This document shows, one piece after another, positions 1 to 11,914 of a stretch of 64,000 nt of DNA (position 1 is the stretch's first letter; each line of letters opens with the position of its first letter). The translations under genes were made by a program, and so were the position numbers. The notes under the pieces were generated by a model. The model made no database searches. It saw only the letters and a list, made by a program, of their open reading frames with translations, and had not been told where the DNA came from. The stretch comes from Myxococcales bacterium (GTDB taxonomy: Bacteria; Desulfobacterota; Binatia; HRBIN30): positions 96,001-160,000 of the forward strand of contig JBBILD010000006.1 in NCBI GenBank assembly GCA_037445065.1, in the 5' to 3' direction.

Positions 1-304
1 CCAGCATCCAGTCCACGTGGCGCTGGTAGGTGTAGTCTTCGCGGCGCGCAGGCTTGTCCGAGCGGCCGAAGCCAACCAAGTCGGGCGCGATCACGCGCAA
101 CCCTGCTGACGCGAGGATGGGGATCATTTTGCGGTACAGATACGACCAAGAAGGCTCGCCATGCAGGAGGAGCACAGGGTGGGCCTGGCGCGGCCCCTCG
201 TGCACGTAGTGGATGCGAACACCATCCACTTCCACGTAATGCGGCGCGAAGGGGTAAGCGGGCAGATCGCGAAAACATTCGTCCGGGGTTCTGAGAATTT
301 CCAT
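1..304 (-). CDS. Haloalkane dehalogenase (alpha/beta hydrolase), N-terminal part; runs off the window
   Basis: Manual translation from ATG 304: [38 protein letters not shown]...[18 protein letters not shown]...[15 protein letters not shown], the typical DhlA/DhmA-type N-terminus. Confidence 0.85.
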   Translation of the reverse strand, partial: MEILRTPDECFRDLPAYPFAPHYVEVDGVRIHYVHEGPRQAHPVLLLHGEPSWSYLYRKMIPILASAGLRVIAPDLVGFGRSDKPARREDYTYQRHVDWML

Positions 305-456
305 CGCTTTCTCCATGCAGACGCTGCCTTTGTCCGCCTTTGTGTCCGCTAAGGCAAGCCAACCCCGAAACGCTCCTCTCTCCTCTGCGCGCCTTGCTCC
401 ACGCGCCACACGGAGAACCGCAGCGGAAGCCGCCCGCGCGGACTTCCGCGTAACAA

Positions 457-490
457 GCGGCAAGCGGTGAAGGGCGAATGGTGCCGTTGG
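457..490. repeat. Degenerate heptamer arm, inverted partner of 827-880 and direct relative of 11221-11261
   Basis: gcggcaagcggtgaagggcgaatggtgccgttgg resembles revcomp of 827-870 and 11221-11261 (gcagcgaacggcaaccggagagtggcgaacggtgccgttgg). Confidence 0.55.
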
Positions 491-614
491 CGGGCAGGCG
501 CGTGGTGGGCTTGGCCCGCTGCTTCCACGCCCACGCGCCGCGGAACACCCAACCCGCCGTCAGCGGAAAAGCTTAGGGGCGGCGCTTGTGGCTGTACGCC
601 GTTGCCAAGGAGAT

Positions 615-779
615 GTAGGGGCAGGCCTTGTGCCTGCCCGGGTTGCAAATCGAACCCAATTCCCGAATCGGGTTAGGTGCGCTGAAACGTCCACGGCAGG
701 TCCCTTGCCGGCACCACCACGTGCACGACCGAGACGCCGTGCGGCGGGAACCACGGGCGGCCACGAGGGCCGCCCCTGC
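615..779. repeat. REPIN-like element copy 1: two inverted GTAG-family REPs bracketing a 115-bp core
   Basis: 615-639 GTAGGGGCAGGCCTTGTGCCTGCCC; 755-779 revcomp GCAGGGGCGGCCCTCGTGGCCGCCC; ungapped 139/165 match to revcomp of 11401-11565. Confidence 0.85.
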
Positions 780-826
780 CCCTTCTCGCAAGTGGCACCG
801 GGCCGCGAGTCGCAGGTGCCGTTCAC

Positions 827-909
827 ACGGACCATTCGCCATTCGCAATTCGCCCGTTACCGCTCGCTGCTCGCCCTGCGCAACGGGCCGCCACACGGGG
901 CGGCCGTGC
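827..909. repeat. Heptamer tandem (ATTCGCC-ATTCGCA-ATTCGCC) plus degenerate REP hairpin
   Basis: 834-854 holds three 7-mers; 885-909 revcomp GCACGGCCGCCCCGTGTGGCGGCCC aligns with the REP at 11175. Confidence 0.6.
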
Positions 910-932
910 AAGGGACGAAGCCTGGCGGGCTT

Positions 933-2432
933 TTATCCCTCCTTCACCCAATGCAAGGCGTTGCGCCGCACCAGCGCCATGATCGTGAGCTGCGGGTTGA
1001 TGCGGTTCGAGGTGGGGAACAGGCTGGCGTCCGCAACCGCCAGGTTCTCGTAGCCGTACACGCGGCCCCACGGGTCGCAAGCTGCCAGCGTTCTCGCTCC
1101 TGCGCGTGCGGTGCCCATCGGGTGGAAGGCCATCACGTCAATGCGGGCGGGCGACGCGTGCGCCCGTTCCAGTGCATGCACATCCTCCATCGAGCGCAGC
1201 ACGGGGAAGGCATTGATGCCGCTATAGACTTCTTGCGCGCCAGCCGCGAAGAACGCCTGCGCTGTGCGAGCAATGGCGAATAGCAATTTGCGCGTGTCGC
1301 GCCGGCTGAGCGAGTACCAAGCCAGCGGGCGCGGGTTGGATCCGAGGCTCCATACTCGTCCACAATCCTCATCGCTGATCAGCGCACCGAAGCTTGCCAT
1401 ACGTTCGAAGCGGGCCATGCGCTCTTGGAAGCGGTAGCCGAAGCCCGGGACCGCGGCGGCTTGCACTTCTGGCGGTACGAACTGGCCTTGGATGAATACC
1501 CCGTCGGGGATGAACTCGTCAATGTTGTACGCTTGCGGTACCTCTCGCCAGCCGCGGATGGGTTCGGGAAACACCGCGACCACGCGTGTGGCGGGATGCA
1601 AGTGCAGGTTGCGCCCCAACCAAGGGGCGCGCACTCCGGAAGCGAGCAGCATAGCCGGCGTGTGCAGCGCCCCGGCAGCGAGCACGACCAGGCGCGCCGT
1701 GACCACAATCCGCACCATACTCTTCTGCCCCCCGCCCGGGGTCGGTGTAGCAACAACCCCGAGGGCTCGGTTGCCATCGAACAAGATGCGGCGCACTTGG
1801 GCGTGGACCCACAACTCGGCCCCGTGCGCCACGGCTTCGGGGATTTTGCTCACCGACATGGCGAGCTTCCCATCGCTCGGGCAGCCAAAGGCGCATACCC
1901 CGGTTGCCAGACATCCACTCTCGTTGCGCGGGATGCGCGAGCCTTTCCAACCGAGTACGCGCTCTACCGCCTCTTGGATGCGGCCGTTGGCGGGGCCGTA
2001 CAACGCATCGGGCACGGGCTTGATGTGCAGGTCGTGCTCGATGGCGCGGTAATGCTCGTCGAGTTCGGTGGCGCCTTCCAGCCCGAATTCCCGCTCCCAG
2101 CGGGAGAGCACGAAGTCCGGGGTGCGGTAGCACGTGCCACTGTTCACTGTGGTGGTGCCGCCCACGCAGCGGCCGAGCGGGACCACGATGGGCGGCCGCC
2201 CCAAGGTTCCCGTGAGCCCGCCATCCCGGTACAAGCGGTCGAAGGCAAAGCGGACATCGCCGCGTAGGTCCTCGCCGGTAAAGTACCCGCCTTCTTCGAG
2301 GACGACCACCCGCCAGCCAGCGCGCGCCAACTCGCTGGCTGCCACGGCCCCGCCGGCGCCGCTGCCGACGATGACCACATCGGCGGTCATCCGGTGGTCG
2401 CGGGTGAGCTGGGCAGCGTCGAACACGGGCAT
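933..2432 (-). CDS. GMC family oxidoreductase (long-chain alcohol oxidase/choline dehydrogenase-like)
   Basis: GSGAGG FAD motif, GRCVGGTTTVNSG, GCLATGVCAFGCP, HPMGT and ADASLFPT...NPQLTIMAL C-terminal GMC motifs. Confidence 0.85.
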   Translation of the reverse strand: MPVFDAAQLTRDHRMTADVVIVGSGAGGAVAASELARAGWRVVVLEEGGYFTGEDLRGDVRFAFDRLYRDGGLTGTLGRPPIVVPLGRCVGGTTTVNSGTCYRTPDFVLSRWEREFGLEGATELDEHYRAIEHDLHIKPVPDALYGPANGRIQEAVERVLGWKGSRIPRNESGCLATGVCAFGCPSDGKLAMSVSKIPEAVAHGAELWVHAQVRRILFDGNRALGVVATPTPGGGQKSMVRIVVTARLVVLAAGALHTPAMLLASGVRAPWLGRNLHLHPATRVVAVFPEPIRGWREVPQAYNIDEFIPDGVFIQGQFVPPEVQAAAVPGFGYRFQERMARFERMASFGALISDEDCGRVWSLGSNPRPLAWYSLSRRDTRKLLFAIARTAQAFFAAGAQEVYSGINAFPVLRSMEDVHALERAHASPARIDVMAFHPMGTARAGARTLAACDPWGRVYGYENLAVADASLFPTSNRINPQLTIMALVRRNALHWVKEG

Positions 2433-2439
2433 GGCGCGC

Positions 2440-3360
2440 TCAGGAAAGGACAGCCGCTCGCGGGAACGGTCCCTTCTCGCCGCGGGCGCGGCGGGAGCGG
2501 GCCTCGGCGAGCTTTTGCTCGAGGTACGAGTCGCCGCCGAGCAGTGAGGAGCGTAGTTCTTCCCTGCGAAAGGCGTGCAGGCCGAGCAAGAGTTTCAGTA
2601 TGTGGATCGGCTGCCGGCGCAACATCCAGCGGCTTTCCTCCATCGCTTCGAGGATGGTCACGCGTTCCTGCCACGGCAGCGCACGCAAGCGGCAGCTGCG
2701 GCTGTGAAACAAGACAGGGTTCCAGTCGATCCACTGCAAGAGAATGGAGAACCCACGCGGTGCGAGTGGCCCGAAAGAACGGAACTGGCCCTCGACTTCG
2801 GCGACCAACGGTGCCGCATCCACGCGGGCTGCCTGACCCGACGGCGGAAAAAGCGCCTCGGCAATAGCTTGCAGAATCTGGCGCGAGCGCGGCGAGAGCC
2901 CGGGCGGCGCCGGTGCGGTGGCGGCGTAGGTGAGACAGGCGAGCAGCGCCAAGCTGGCGTCTACCAGGAAGTTCGCCAGATATATGAAGTGCGCGGCATG
3001 AGTGGCGAAGAACCAGAGGCAGGTAAGGCTACTGGTGGCCTTGCCGATGGCGAGCGGAAGCATGAGCAAGCGGCGCTCGGTCGGCGCTGGAGCGATGAGG
3101 AACGCGAGCGCGGTGACCACCGCCATGTAGGCCACGCCGAGGCTCAGCCAGAAGCGATGAGAGGTGAGCGGCGCGGGGGGAAAGCCAAGCCAACTACCCG
3201 CAGCATTCAGGGCACCGATGGTGCCGTCCGGAAACAAGAAGAACAGGGCTCCGACCACCGCGAAGGTCCAGCCGAGGACGCGGTACACGAAGCGTAGCAA
3301 GGGGTCGAGGGGACCATAGGCAGCGCCGAGCCGTTCCACCTGCACGTCGCTATCGCGCAT
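2440..3360 (-). CDS. Membrane protein: ~4 N-terminal TM helices plus a helical domain resembling gluconate-2-dehydrogenase subunit 3 / GMC partner
   Basis: Hydrophobic segments in first ~150 aa; then ILQAIAEALFP...LRALPWQERVTILEAM pattern; ends 7 bp before the GMC gene. Confidence 0.6.
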   Translation of the reverse strand: MRDSDVQVERLGAAYGPLDPLLRFVYRVLGWTFAVVGALFFLFPDGTIGALNAAGSWLGFPPAPLTSHRFWLSLGVAYMAVVTALAFLIAPAPTERRLLMLPLAIGKATSSLTCLWFFATHAAHFIYLANFLVDASLALLACLTYAATAPAPPGLSPRSRQILQAIAEALFPPSGQAARVDAAPLVAEVEGQFRSFGPLAPRGFSILLQWIDWNPVLFHSRSCRLRALPWQERVTILEAMEESRWMLRRQPIHILKLLLGLHAFRREELRSSLLGGDSYLEQKLAEARSRRARGEKGPFPRAAVLS

Positions 3361-3449
3361 GGCGGTTGGTTACCCGGAAACGCGCGCCTTGGAAAGACGC
3401 CCCGGATTCCCACAAAAAACCTTGGAGAGGGGCAGGCAGAGGGTTTGGG

Positions 3450-4631
3450 TCAGGGCTTTGGTCGCGGTTCCCGGGGGGGACGAAGCGCGGACGGCGGTAC
3501 CACCAAGCGCTCTTTTGCTTCCTCTTGCTCTTTGGCGAGACGGAGCTGCTGCTGTAGGGCAAGAGCCGTCTCGACCAGGCTCCGCAACAGGGGGATGTTG
3601 CGATGCGACTCGGGCTCTTCGCGCAGCGCAAGCGCCACCGCCAGGGACATCTTGGCCAACTCCGGTTTGTCCAACTGGTGGAAGGCGTAGGCGAGTTCCT
3701 CGAAACGGTAGATCCACCGCTCACGCTGCTGCCCTGTGAACGCCGCCTCCAGGGCTTCCCGCACGATATCTTGTTCGCGCTCGCGGATTTGCAGTTCGCT
3801 CAGCACCAGCGGGCTTTGCCTCGCCTCCAGTGCCTTTTCCACGTAAGGAGTGAAAAACTCGTCGAGCAAAAACGGTAGGAACGAACGCTCCTTGGCCAGT
3901 TCTTGCGCGCGGTCGAGGAGGGTCGGATCGCTGCGCACCGCGTCGGCGTCGAGGAGTTCGTAGATCGGGCAGCGCATCTCTCCGGGCAAGTCGCGGCCGA
4001 ACCAGCGCTCGCGGAGGTGCAAAAAACTCTCTCTAGGGAAGGCGCCGCGCTGCCGCAGGGCCAATTCTGCGCGACAGAGCAGAAAGTCCACGTAGCGCGG
4101 ATCGGCCGGGAACACCTCGAAGCCCGCCTCCCGTCGTGAGTCCATCCACACCCGAATGATGCGTTTCTCCGAGGCACCCAGCAGCCCGCAGTCGTACAGT
4201 TCATCGGGCGTGAACAAGCCGTACACCGCTTCGCAACGGCCGAGTTGCGGCCGAATCAGCAGGGCACAGCGGATATCGCCGCCACGCAAGTCGGTGAGGT
4301 AAGCCTTTAAGGTCGGGGTGCGGCTCTCGGTGGGCACGGGAGTTTCTTCCTGGTTCGGGGCGACCAGGCCTTTTTGGGCCAGCCGGAAGCGGCTGCGGTG
4401 GATCTCCCGGCGCAACAGTTTCTCGCTGGCCTGTGGCTCGAGTTCGCGAAGCGCAGCCAGTGCCTCCTCGCTCGGAATGGCCCCTAGCCGCTCGACCACG
4501 GCGAGGTCAGCAGCTGGGTCGCGCCCGAACACGGCGCACAGCTCGGCCACGCTCGCTTCGGGGCCCAGGCCCCACTCGGCCAGCCGTTTGCGTCCCGCCG
4601 CCAGGGTTCGCTCCCGCTCTCGTTTGCTCAT
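3450..4631 (-). CDS. Hypothetical protein, helical and charged
   Basis: 393-aa ORF, ATGA overlap with the M23 gene, protein-like composition; no recognised motif. Confidence 0.7.
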   Translation of the reverse strand: MSKRERERTLAAGRKRLAEWGLGPEASVAELCAVFGRDPAADLAVVERLGAIPSEEALAALRELEPQASEKLLRREIHRSRFRLAQKGLVAPNQEETPVPTESRTPTLKAYLTDLRGGDIRCALLIRPQLGRCEAVYGLFTPDELYDCGLLGASEKRIIRVWMDSRREAGFEVFPADPRYVDFLLCRAELALRQRGAFPRESFLHLRERWFGRDLPGEMRCPIYELLDADAVRSDPTLLDRAQELAKERSFLPFLLDEFFTPYVEKALEARQSPLVLSELQIREREQDIVREALEAAFTGQQRERWIYRFEELAYAFHQLDKPELAKMSLAVALALREEPESHRNIPLLRSLVETALALQQQLRLAKEQEEAKERLVVPPSALRPPREPRPKP

Positions 4632-5998
4632 CCTTCACTCCTTTGTTCACGGGTCGAGCGCAGCGGGAAAGAACGCAGTTTGGCCAAGATGTGCCGCTCG
4701 ATCCAGCCGGCGTCCCACCACTCCACCGGGTCCACATGCACCCCGTACAACAAAACGGAGAAATGCAGATGGTCTCCTCCAGCCAGGCCGGTTTCGCCGG
4801 TTCTGCCGAGTTCCTGTGCCTTGCGAACGGTCTGCCCGGCGCTGACAGCAATGCTGCTCAAATGCCCATAGAGCGTGAACAAACCCAGCCCGTGGTCCAC
4901 GATCACCGTATTCCCATAGATGCCGAGGGTGCCCGTGAAAACCACTCGTCCGTGGTTTGCGGCTTCCACGGGGCTCTGCCGGAGCGAGGCCAGGTCGAAG
5001 CCCTGATGCGTCTGGCGGTCAATCTCATTTCCGTTGTAGACGTAGGTGCGCCGGTCAGCGAACGAACTGAGCGGCGCGGAATTTGGCTGGCGGTGGAAGC
5101 GACCGTCCCACAGCACGTGCGGTGCGCTGCTCGCGGTAAGCTGGCGAATGCGCGCTTCGTTTTGCTTGCGCAGTTCGCGGTTGATGTAGAGGTAGCGCTG
5201 GAGCAAATCGCCGTGCGCGGAAAGGCCAGCGTCGCGTTCGATCTCGGGCACCTTGCGGGCCAGAAACTCGTCGTCAATCGTCAGGGTTCGCTGGGCGAAG
5301 CGTTGCGGCAGCACTTGCACCGGCACTGGCAAGCGGGCTTGGTTACCGGCGGAGTCGGTGCTTACCACCAGCGGTTGGGCTTGTACATCGAGATCGTGGG
5401 GAACAGCGAAGAGGGCAAGGGCGAGATCCGGGTCTTCGAACACGCCGCGGGTGGCAGGGAAGAAGTAGGGTCCGACTTCGATGCCGCTGCGCACGGTATC
5501 CGCAGATTCGCGCCAAACGGCCAGCTCCACGCCGCCTAGCCGTACGTTGTGCTGTTGGGTGAGAAGCTCCACACGAGGCGGCGTGAAGTCGAGCTGCACA
5601 CTGCGGCTCCACACCGGTGCCCGATCGAGCGGCCGCCAGCGCCACGCGTAGGTGGACAGCCAGAGTTCGAGCTGGGCTTCGCCGTCCGGCAAGGAAAACT
5701 GGCTCCAGTCGGGTGTTACGTGCAACTCGTAGGTTTCGATGCCGCTTCCGCGCCAGTGAATCGGCGTGAACTGAGCCTCGTGCAGGAGATACAGATTGCC
5801 GGCCGCGCGCAGGCGTAGGGCGACCTGTGCGAGTCCGGGCCCCGGCACGTGCACGCTGAGGTCAATGCGGCTCCCTCGCCCCAGGGTGGCGAGGAGAGCG
5901 CGGTCGTCTACAGTTACCTCGCCATCTCGTTTCGCCCACCAAGCACCGCCCGCCAGGGAAGCGGCCAGGAACGCGAGCAGGACAAAAACACGCCGCAT
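4628..5998 (-). CDS. M23 family metallopeptidase with N-terminal membrane anchor
   Basis: Start MRRVFVLLAFLAASLAGG; HQGFD and HLHF zinc motifs, YGNTVIVDHG. Confidence 0.85.
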   Translation of the reverse strand: MRRVFVLLAFLAASLAGGAWWAKRDGEVTVDDRALLATLGRGSRIDLSVHVPGPGLAQVALRLRAAGNLYLLHEAQFTPIHWRGSGIETYELHVTPDWSQFSLPDGEAQLELWLSTYAWRWRPLDRAPVWSRSVQLDFTPPRVELLTQQHNVRLGGVELAVWRESADTVRSGIEVGPYFFPATRGVFEDPDLALALFAVPHDLDVQAQPLVVSTDSAGNQARLPVPVQVLPQRFAQRTLTIDDEFLARKVPEIERDAGLSAHGDLLQRYLYINRELRKQNEARIRQLTASSAPHVLWDGRFHRQPNSAPLSSFADRRTYVYNGNEIDRQTHQGFDLASLRQSPVEAANHGRVVFTGTLGIYGNTVIVDHGLGLFTLYGHLSSIAVSAGQTVRKAQELGRTGETGLAGGDHLHFSVLLYGVHVDPVEWWDAGWIERHILAKLRSFPLRSTREQRSEG

Positions 5999-6248
5999 GG
6001 TTGCGCGCTGGCCTAGCAAGGAATCCTGCGAAGAGCCACGAGCCGTTTCCTCGAACGAGCCACGGCCAGGCAGCAGCCCCGGGAGGGAAAAAAGACCCCG
6101 GGCCCTGAGGCTCTGTTTTGAAGTGGGGTGCTGCTGCGCACAAGCGCGGTGGCGGTTACGGCACGGGGTGAGTTGCTCGAGCAGCGCGCCAACGGCTAGA
6201 CCGTTTACCCTGCTGCGCTGCAGGCGCGGGAACAGGTAGGTTCCTGAA

Positions 6249-7416
6249 ATGCGAATCTCTGAAGTTGCTGCGAACGAACTCGAGCGGTTGCGCGAGCAGG
6301 GGCTGTACCGCTGGCCGCGGGTGGTGGAAGGAGGGGCACGCACGTGGGTGCAGGTGGGTAGCCACCGCCTGCTCTGCCTTTGCTCGAACAACTACTTAGG
6401 GTTGGCGACCCACCCGGCTGTGATCGAGGCAGCGATCAGAGCGGCGCGCGACTTTGGAGTTGGATCGGGGGCGTCGCGATTGATCTCTGGATCGTTGCGC
6501 TTGCACGCTGCGCTGGAGGAGGAACTGGCTGCGTTCAAAGGTACGGAAGCCGCACTCCTGTTCAATTCCGGTTACCAGGCCAACGTGGGCGTGATTGCCA
6601 CTCTGGTGGGTGCGGACGATGCGGTGTTCAGCGACGCGCTCAACCACGCCAGTATCATAGACGGTTGCCGTTTGTCGCGCGCGCGGGTGGTGGTGTATCC
6701 GCACGCCGACATTGCCGCTCTTGCCGACTTGCTGGCACGCATCCCGGCACGGCGCCGTCTCATTGTGACTGACTCGGTGTTCAGCATGGATGGCGACTTC
6801 GCTCCGCTGCGCGAACTTTGCGAGTTGGCAGCGCGCCACGGCGCCTGGGTCATGGTGGACGAGGCGCATGCCACAGGTGTATTGGGCCGGCGCGGTGCCG
6901 GGCTGGTAGAAGAGCTGGGTTTGGAGGGGAGAGTGGACGTCCAAATGGGTACATTGAGCAAGGCCCTCGGCTGCTTCGGTGCCTATGTGGCGGGGTCGCG
7001 CGCGCTGGTTGACTTGCTCGCCAACCGTGCCCGCTCGTTCGTGTTCACTACCTCGCTGCCACCACCGGTGGTCGCAGCGGCGCGGGAGGCTGTGCGTTTG
7101 GTGCAGCAGGAGCCCAACTTGCGCCAGCGCTTGTGGGCGAATGCGAGGCGGCTGCAGCAGGCGTTGCGAGCGGCCGGAGCTCCGGCGCCGAGCCAGTGTT
7201 CGCATATCCTGCCAGTGGTGGTGGGCGACGAGCGGCGCGCCATGGAGCTTTCCGAGCGGCTCATTGCCGAGGGCGTCTGGGTGCAAGGGATCCGCCCGCC
7301 GACGGTTCCGCCCGGAAGCTCCCGCTTGCGCGTGACCGCCAGCGCGGCCTTGACCGAAGAGGATTGCGACCTAGTGGAACGGGCCTTTGCCCGTGTTTTT
7401 GCGGAGGAGCGAGACA

Positions 7417-7424
<8 letters not shown>
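6249..7424 (+). CDS. bioF: 8-amino-7-oxononanoate synthase
   Basis: [53 protein letters not shown]. Confidence 0.95.
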
Positions 7425-9493
<2,069 letters not shown>

Positions 9494-9582
9494 ATTAGGG
9501 GGGTCGCCTAGGTCCCCGGCCTCGGGGGAGCGGGAGGCGAGGGTGGTGCCCCGGCCTCGGCTTGTGTGATAGGCGATTGCAG

Positions 9583-10578
9583 ATGGCGAGCGACACGGCG
9601 GACTGGCCGATTTCCGTAGGGATTGCGTTGAGCGGCGGCGGAGCGGCCGGGATGGCGCATGTGGGGGTGCTGGAAGTTCTGCAAGATGCAGGAATCCCGA
9701 TTCACTGCGTCGCCGGTACGAGCGCTGGGGCGATGGTGGGTGCGGCGTTTGCTGCCGGCAATTTGGAGGCCTTTCGCGAGACCATGTACGGCCTCACCCG
9801 CGGCAAAGTGTTGCGCCTGTTCGACCCCATTTGGCCGCAGACGGGCCTTCTGGAGGGGCGGCGCTCGCTCGAGTTGGTGCGCCCGCACTTGGGGGACCGC
9901 ATCGAGGCCCTACCGATTCCCTTCGCTGCCGTAGCGGCGGACTTGAATCGGGGCGACGAGGTGGTGTTGCGCAGCGGACCGGTGGCGGAAGCAGTGCGGG
10001 CCAGCATTGCCATTCCCGGCCTGTTCACCCCGCTACGCTGGCAGGGGAGAATCCTGGTTGACGGCGGTCTGGTGAATCCAGTGCCCGCCGACGTGGCTCG
10101 CGCGCTCGGAGCTCAGTTCGTGATTGCGGCGAGCGTGCTGAACATTCCGGTCCGCCCTCCGTTGCGCCGCACGCCGCTGGCGCTCACCCAACAGTGGAGC
10201 GCCCGGCTGCGCCGCCGGTGGCAGGCGCCGAGGGACGAAGGCAAAACCGAGGAGCTGGTGGAAGAGGTGAGCGAGGAGCTGGGCCTGGTGGACGTGCTGT
10301 CGCGCGCAAGCGCCGTGGTGCAGGCGCGAATCGCCCAGGCCCGTTTGCGCGACGACCCGCCCGACGTCCTCTTGCACGTGCCGCTGCGCCTCGGATTGTT
10401 CGACTTCCACCGCAGCCGCGAAGCGGTCTCCGCAGGCCGGCGCGTCGCACAAGAAGCACTCCCGGAGATCCGCCGTGCCCTGGCCGCTGCTCTGCCATTG
10501 ATGGAACGAGTTTCCCGCTGGCTCGACTCTGCCAGTGAGCGCTGGCGCACTCCGCGCTGGGGCCGCGAGCGAGGGTGA
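9583..10578 (+). CDS. Patatin-like phospholipase (RssA/NTE family)
   Basis: LSGGGAAG, GTSAG nucleophile, DGG motif. Confidence 0.88.
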   Translation: MASDTADWPISVGIALSGGGAAGMAHVGVLEVLQDAGIPIHCVAGTSAGAMVGAAFAAGNLEAFRETMYGLTRGKVLRLFDPIWPQTGLLEGRRSLELVRPHLGDRIEALPIPFAAVAADLNRGDEVVLRSGPVAEAVRASIAIPGLFTPLRWQGRILVDGGLVNPVPADVARALGAQFVIAASVLNIPVRPPLRRTPLALTQQWSARLRRRWQAPRDEGKTEELVEEVSEELGLVDVLSRASAVVQARIAQARLRDDPPDVLLHVPLRLGLFDFHRSREAVSAGRRVAQEALPEIRRALAAALPLMERVSRWLDSASERWRTPRWGRERG

Positions 10579-11174
10579 ACGCTCGTCTGTGCGCTGGTTT
10601 TGAGAAGTTCCGTGTCGGGTGGGGCGGCCTCGGCCGTGCCGCTGCCGTTACGAAGGGCCCGCATCGTGCGAGCGGATGAGTTGGGCTCGGGGCTGAACCC
10701 GGGGAAAGACATTTTGCTCCGGACCACGACGTGACTTTACCGCGTGTGCAAGCCCGCGAGGTCGTGGTCGTTGCCGCCTTGAAGTTCGCTCGTCTCTGCG
10801 TCCAGCGACGGTTTTTTCGAACCCCTCGCGATCCTAATCCGCCCTGGCTGCTAGGGCACTGCGGGACCCGGGGGCGGACGGGGTACCGGCGCACCACCCC
10901 GCCACGCAAGATTCACCATTCTGGCACCGTGCACAACGCCGAAGGCGCTGGCCGATGCAGCCCTTTCGATGGGATGCGCCCTTGTTGTGGCGGGCCGAGG
11001 CGCGGCTTGGGGCAATCACCGTTCCGCGGGGGGATCCGTAGGTGCAAGGTTTGCGCCTGCAACGCCGTGCGGGAGGGCACGTTTCGCCGGAGAAGGGTCG
11101 CGGACACGCATGGTTGCCGTTACCTCCGCGACTTGCCCGCGGCCTGTGCTTTACACGCGGGAGGTTTGTCCTGA

Positions 11175-11261
11175 GTAGGAGCGGCCCTTGTGACCGCAGG
11201 TGGTGCAGGGCGAGCCGTGCGCAGCGAACGGCAACCGGAGAGTGGCGAACGGTGCCGTTGG
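11175..11261. repeat. GTAG REP plus heptamer arm (outer part of composite element copy 2)
   Basis: GTAGGAGCGGCCCTTGTGACCGC at 11175-11197; 11205-11261 resembles revcomp of 827-880; weaker GTAG-led hairpins at 11038 and 11344. Confidence 0.6.
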
Positions 11262-11400
11262 CCGGGGGCGGGCGTGGGCGATGCGGCCGCCGCACCACGG
11301 CACACCTCGCCCTGCCGGTTTGAGGGACACCCACCTTGTGGTGGTAGGTGGGGCCCCCAGGACCCCGGCTGCCGTCGGCACAACGCCACCCCGGGGATGC

Positions 11401-11565
11401 GTAGGGGCGGCCCTTGCGGCCGCCCGTGGTGCCCACCGCACGGTGACTCGGTCGTGCCCGTGGTGGTGCCGGCAAGGGAGCCCTCGTGGACGCCTCAGCG
11501 CACCTGGCCCGATTCGCCGGTTGGCTTCGATTTGGAATACGGGCAGCCGCAAGGCCTGCCCCTAC
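11401..11565. repeat. REPIN-like element copy 2 (inverted relative to copy 1)
   Basis: GTAGGGGCGGCCCTTGCGGCCGCCC ... GGGCAGCCGCAAGGCCTGCCCCTAC; same 165-bp length as copy 1, 84% identical by manual count. Confidence 0.85.
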
Positions 11566-11691
11566 AACCCCGAACGCGGTGCGGACGTGCGACGGGTCCT
11601 TGGCCGTATTGTGGTTCCCTGACCACTCTGCCACGCCACGACCGCGCGGCCTCCACCGCGAGCAACGCTGAAATGGTTCGGCCAATACAGC

Positions 11692-11892
11692 CCTGGGGTT
11701 GGCGCTTGACGCCAACCCCCAGGAATGAGGTGCCTGCTCCGCAATTCCGCAGCGCAACCGCTACAGGGTTGCGCTGCGTTGAGGCGTGCCATGTGGATCC
11801 CGGTGCACCTGCGCAACCTTGAAGGGGTTACACGAGCCACCGTGTGCAGGGGTGCAACTGTCCCGGCGGGACGACAACCCCTCCAGGCTTGT
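11692..11892. repeat. Cluster of palindromes of a second family (CAACC-n-GGTTG type)
   Basis: ggggttggcg/cgccaacccc 11695-11719; cgcagcgcaacc/ggttgcgctgcg 11748-11778; degenerate copies at 11813-11830 and 11874-11892. Confidence 0.6.
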
Positions 11893-11914
11893 GGTGGGAA
11901 AAAGGCACGCAGAC

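Noticed and set aside
349..1283. Overlapping ORFs across the first intergenic region, with look-alike peptides at 10834-11822
   Set aside because: The similarity comes from translating the non-coding REPIN; Arg/Pro/Gly-rich, no RBS or domain
5999..6248. BirA/BioR operator upstream of bioF
   Set aside because: No convincing palindrome matching known biotin operators
10580..11900. Possible CRISPR array in the long gene-free interval
   Set aside because: No identical, regularly spaced direct repeats and no cas genes; the repeats are palindromic REP-type
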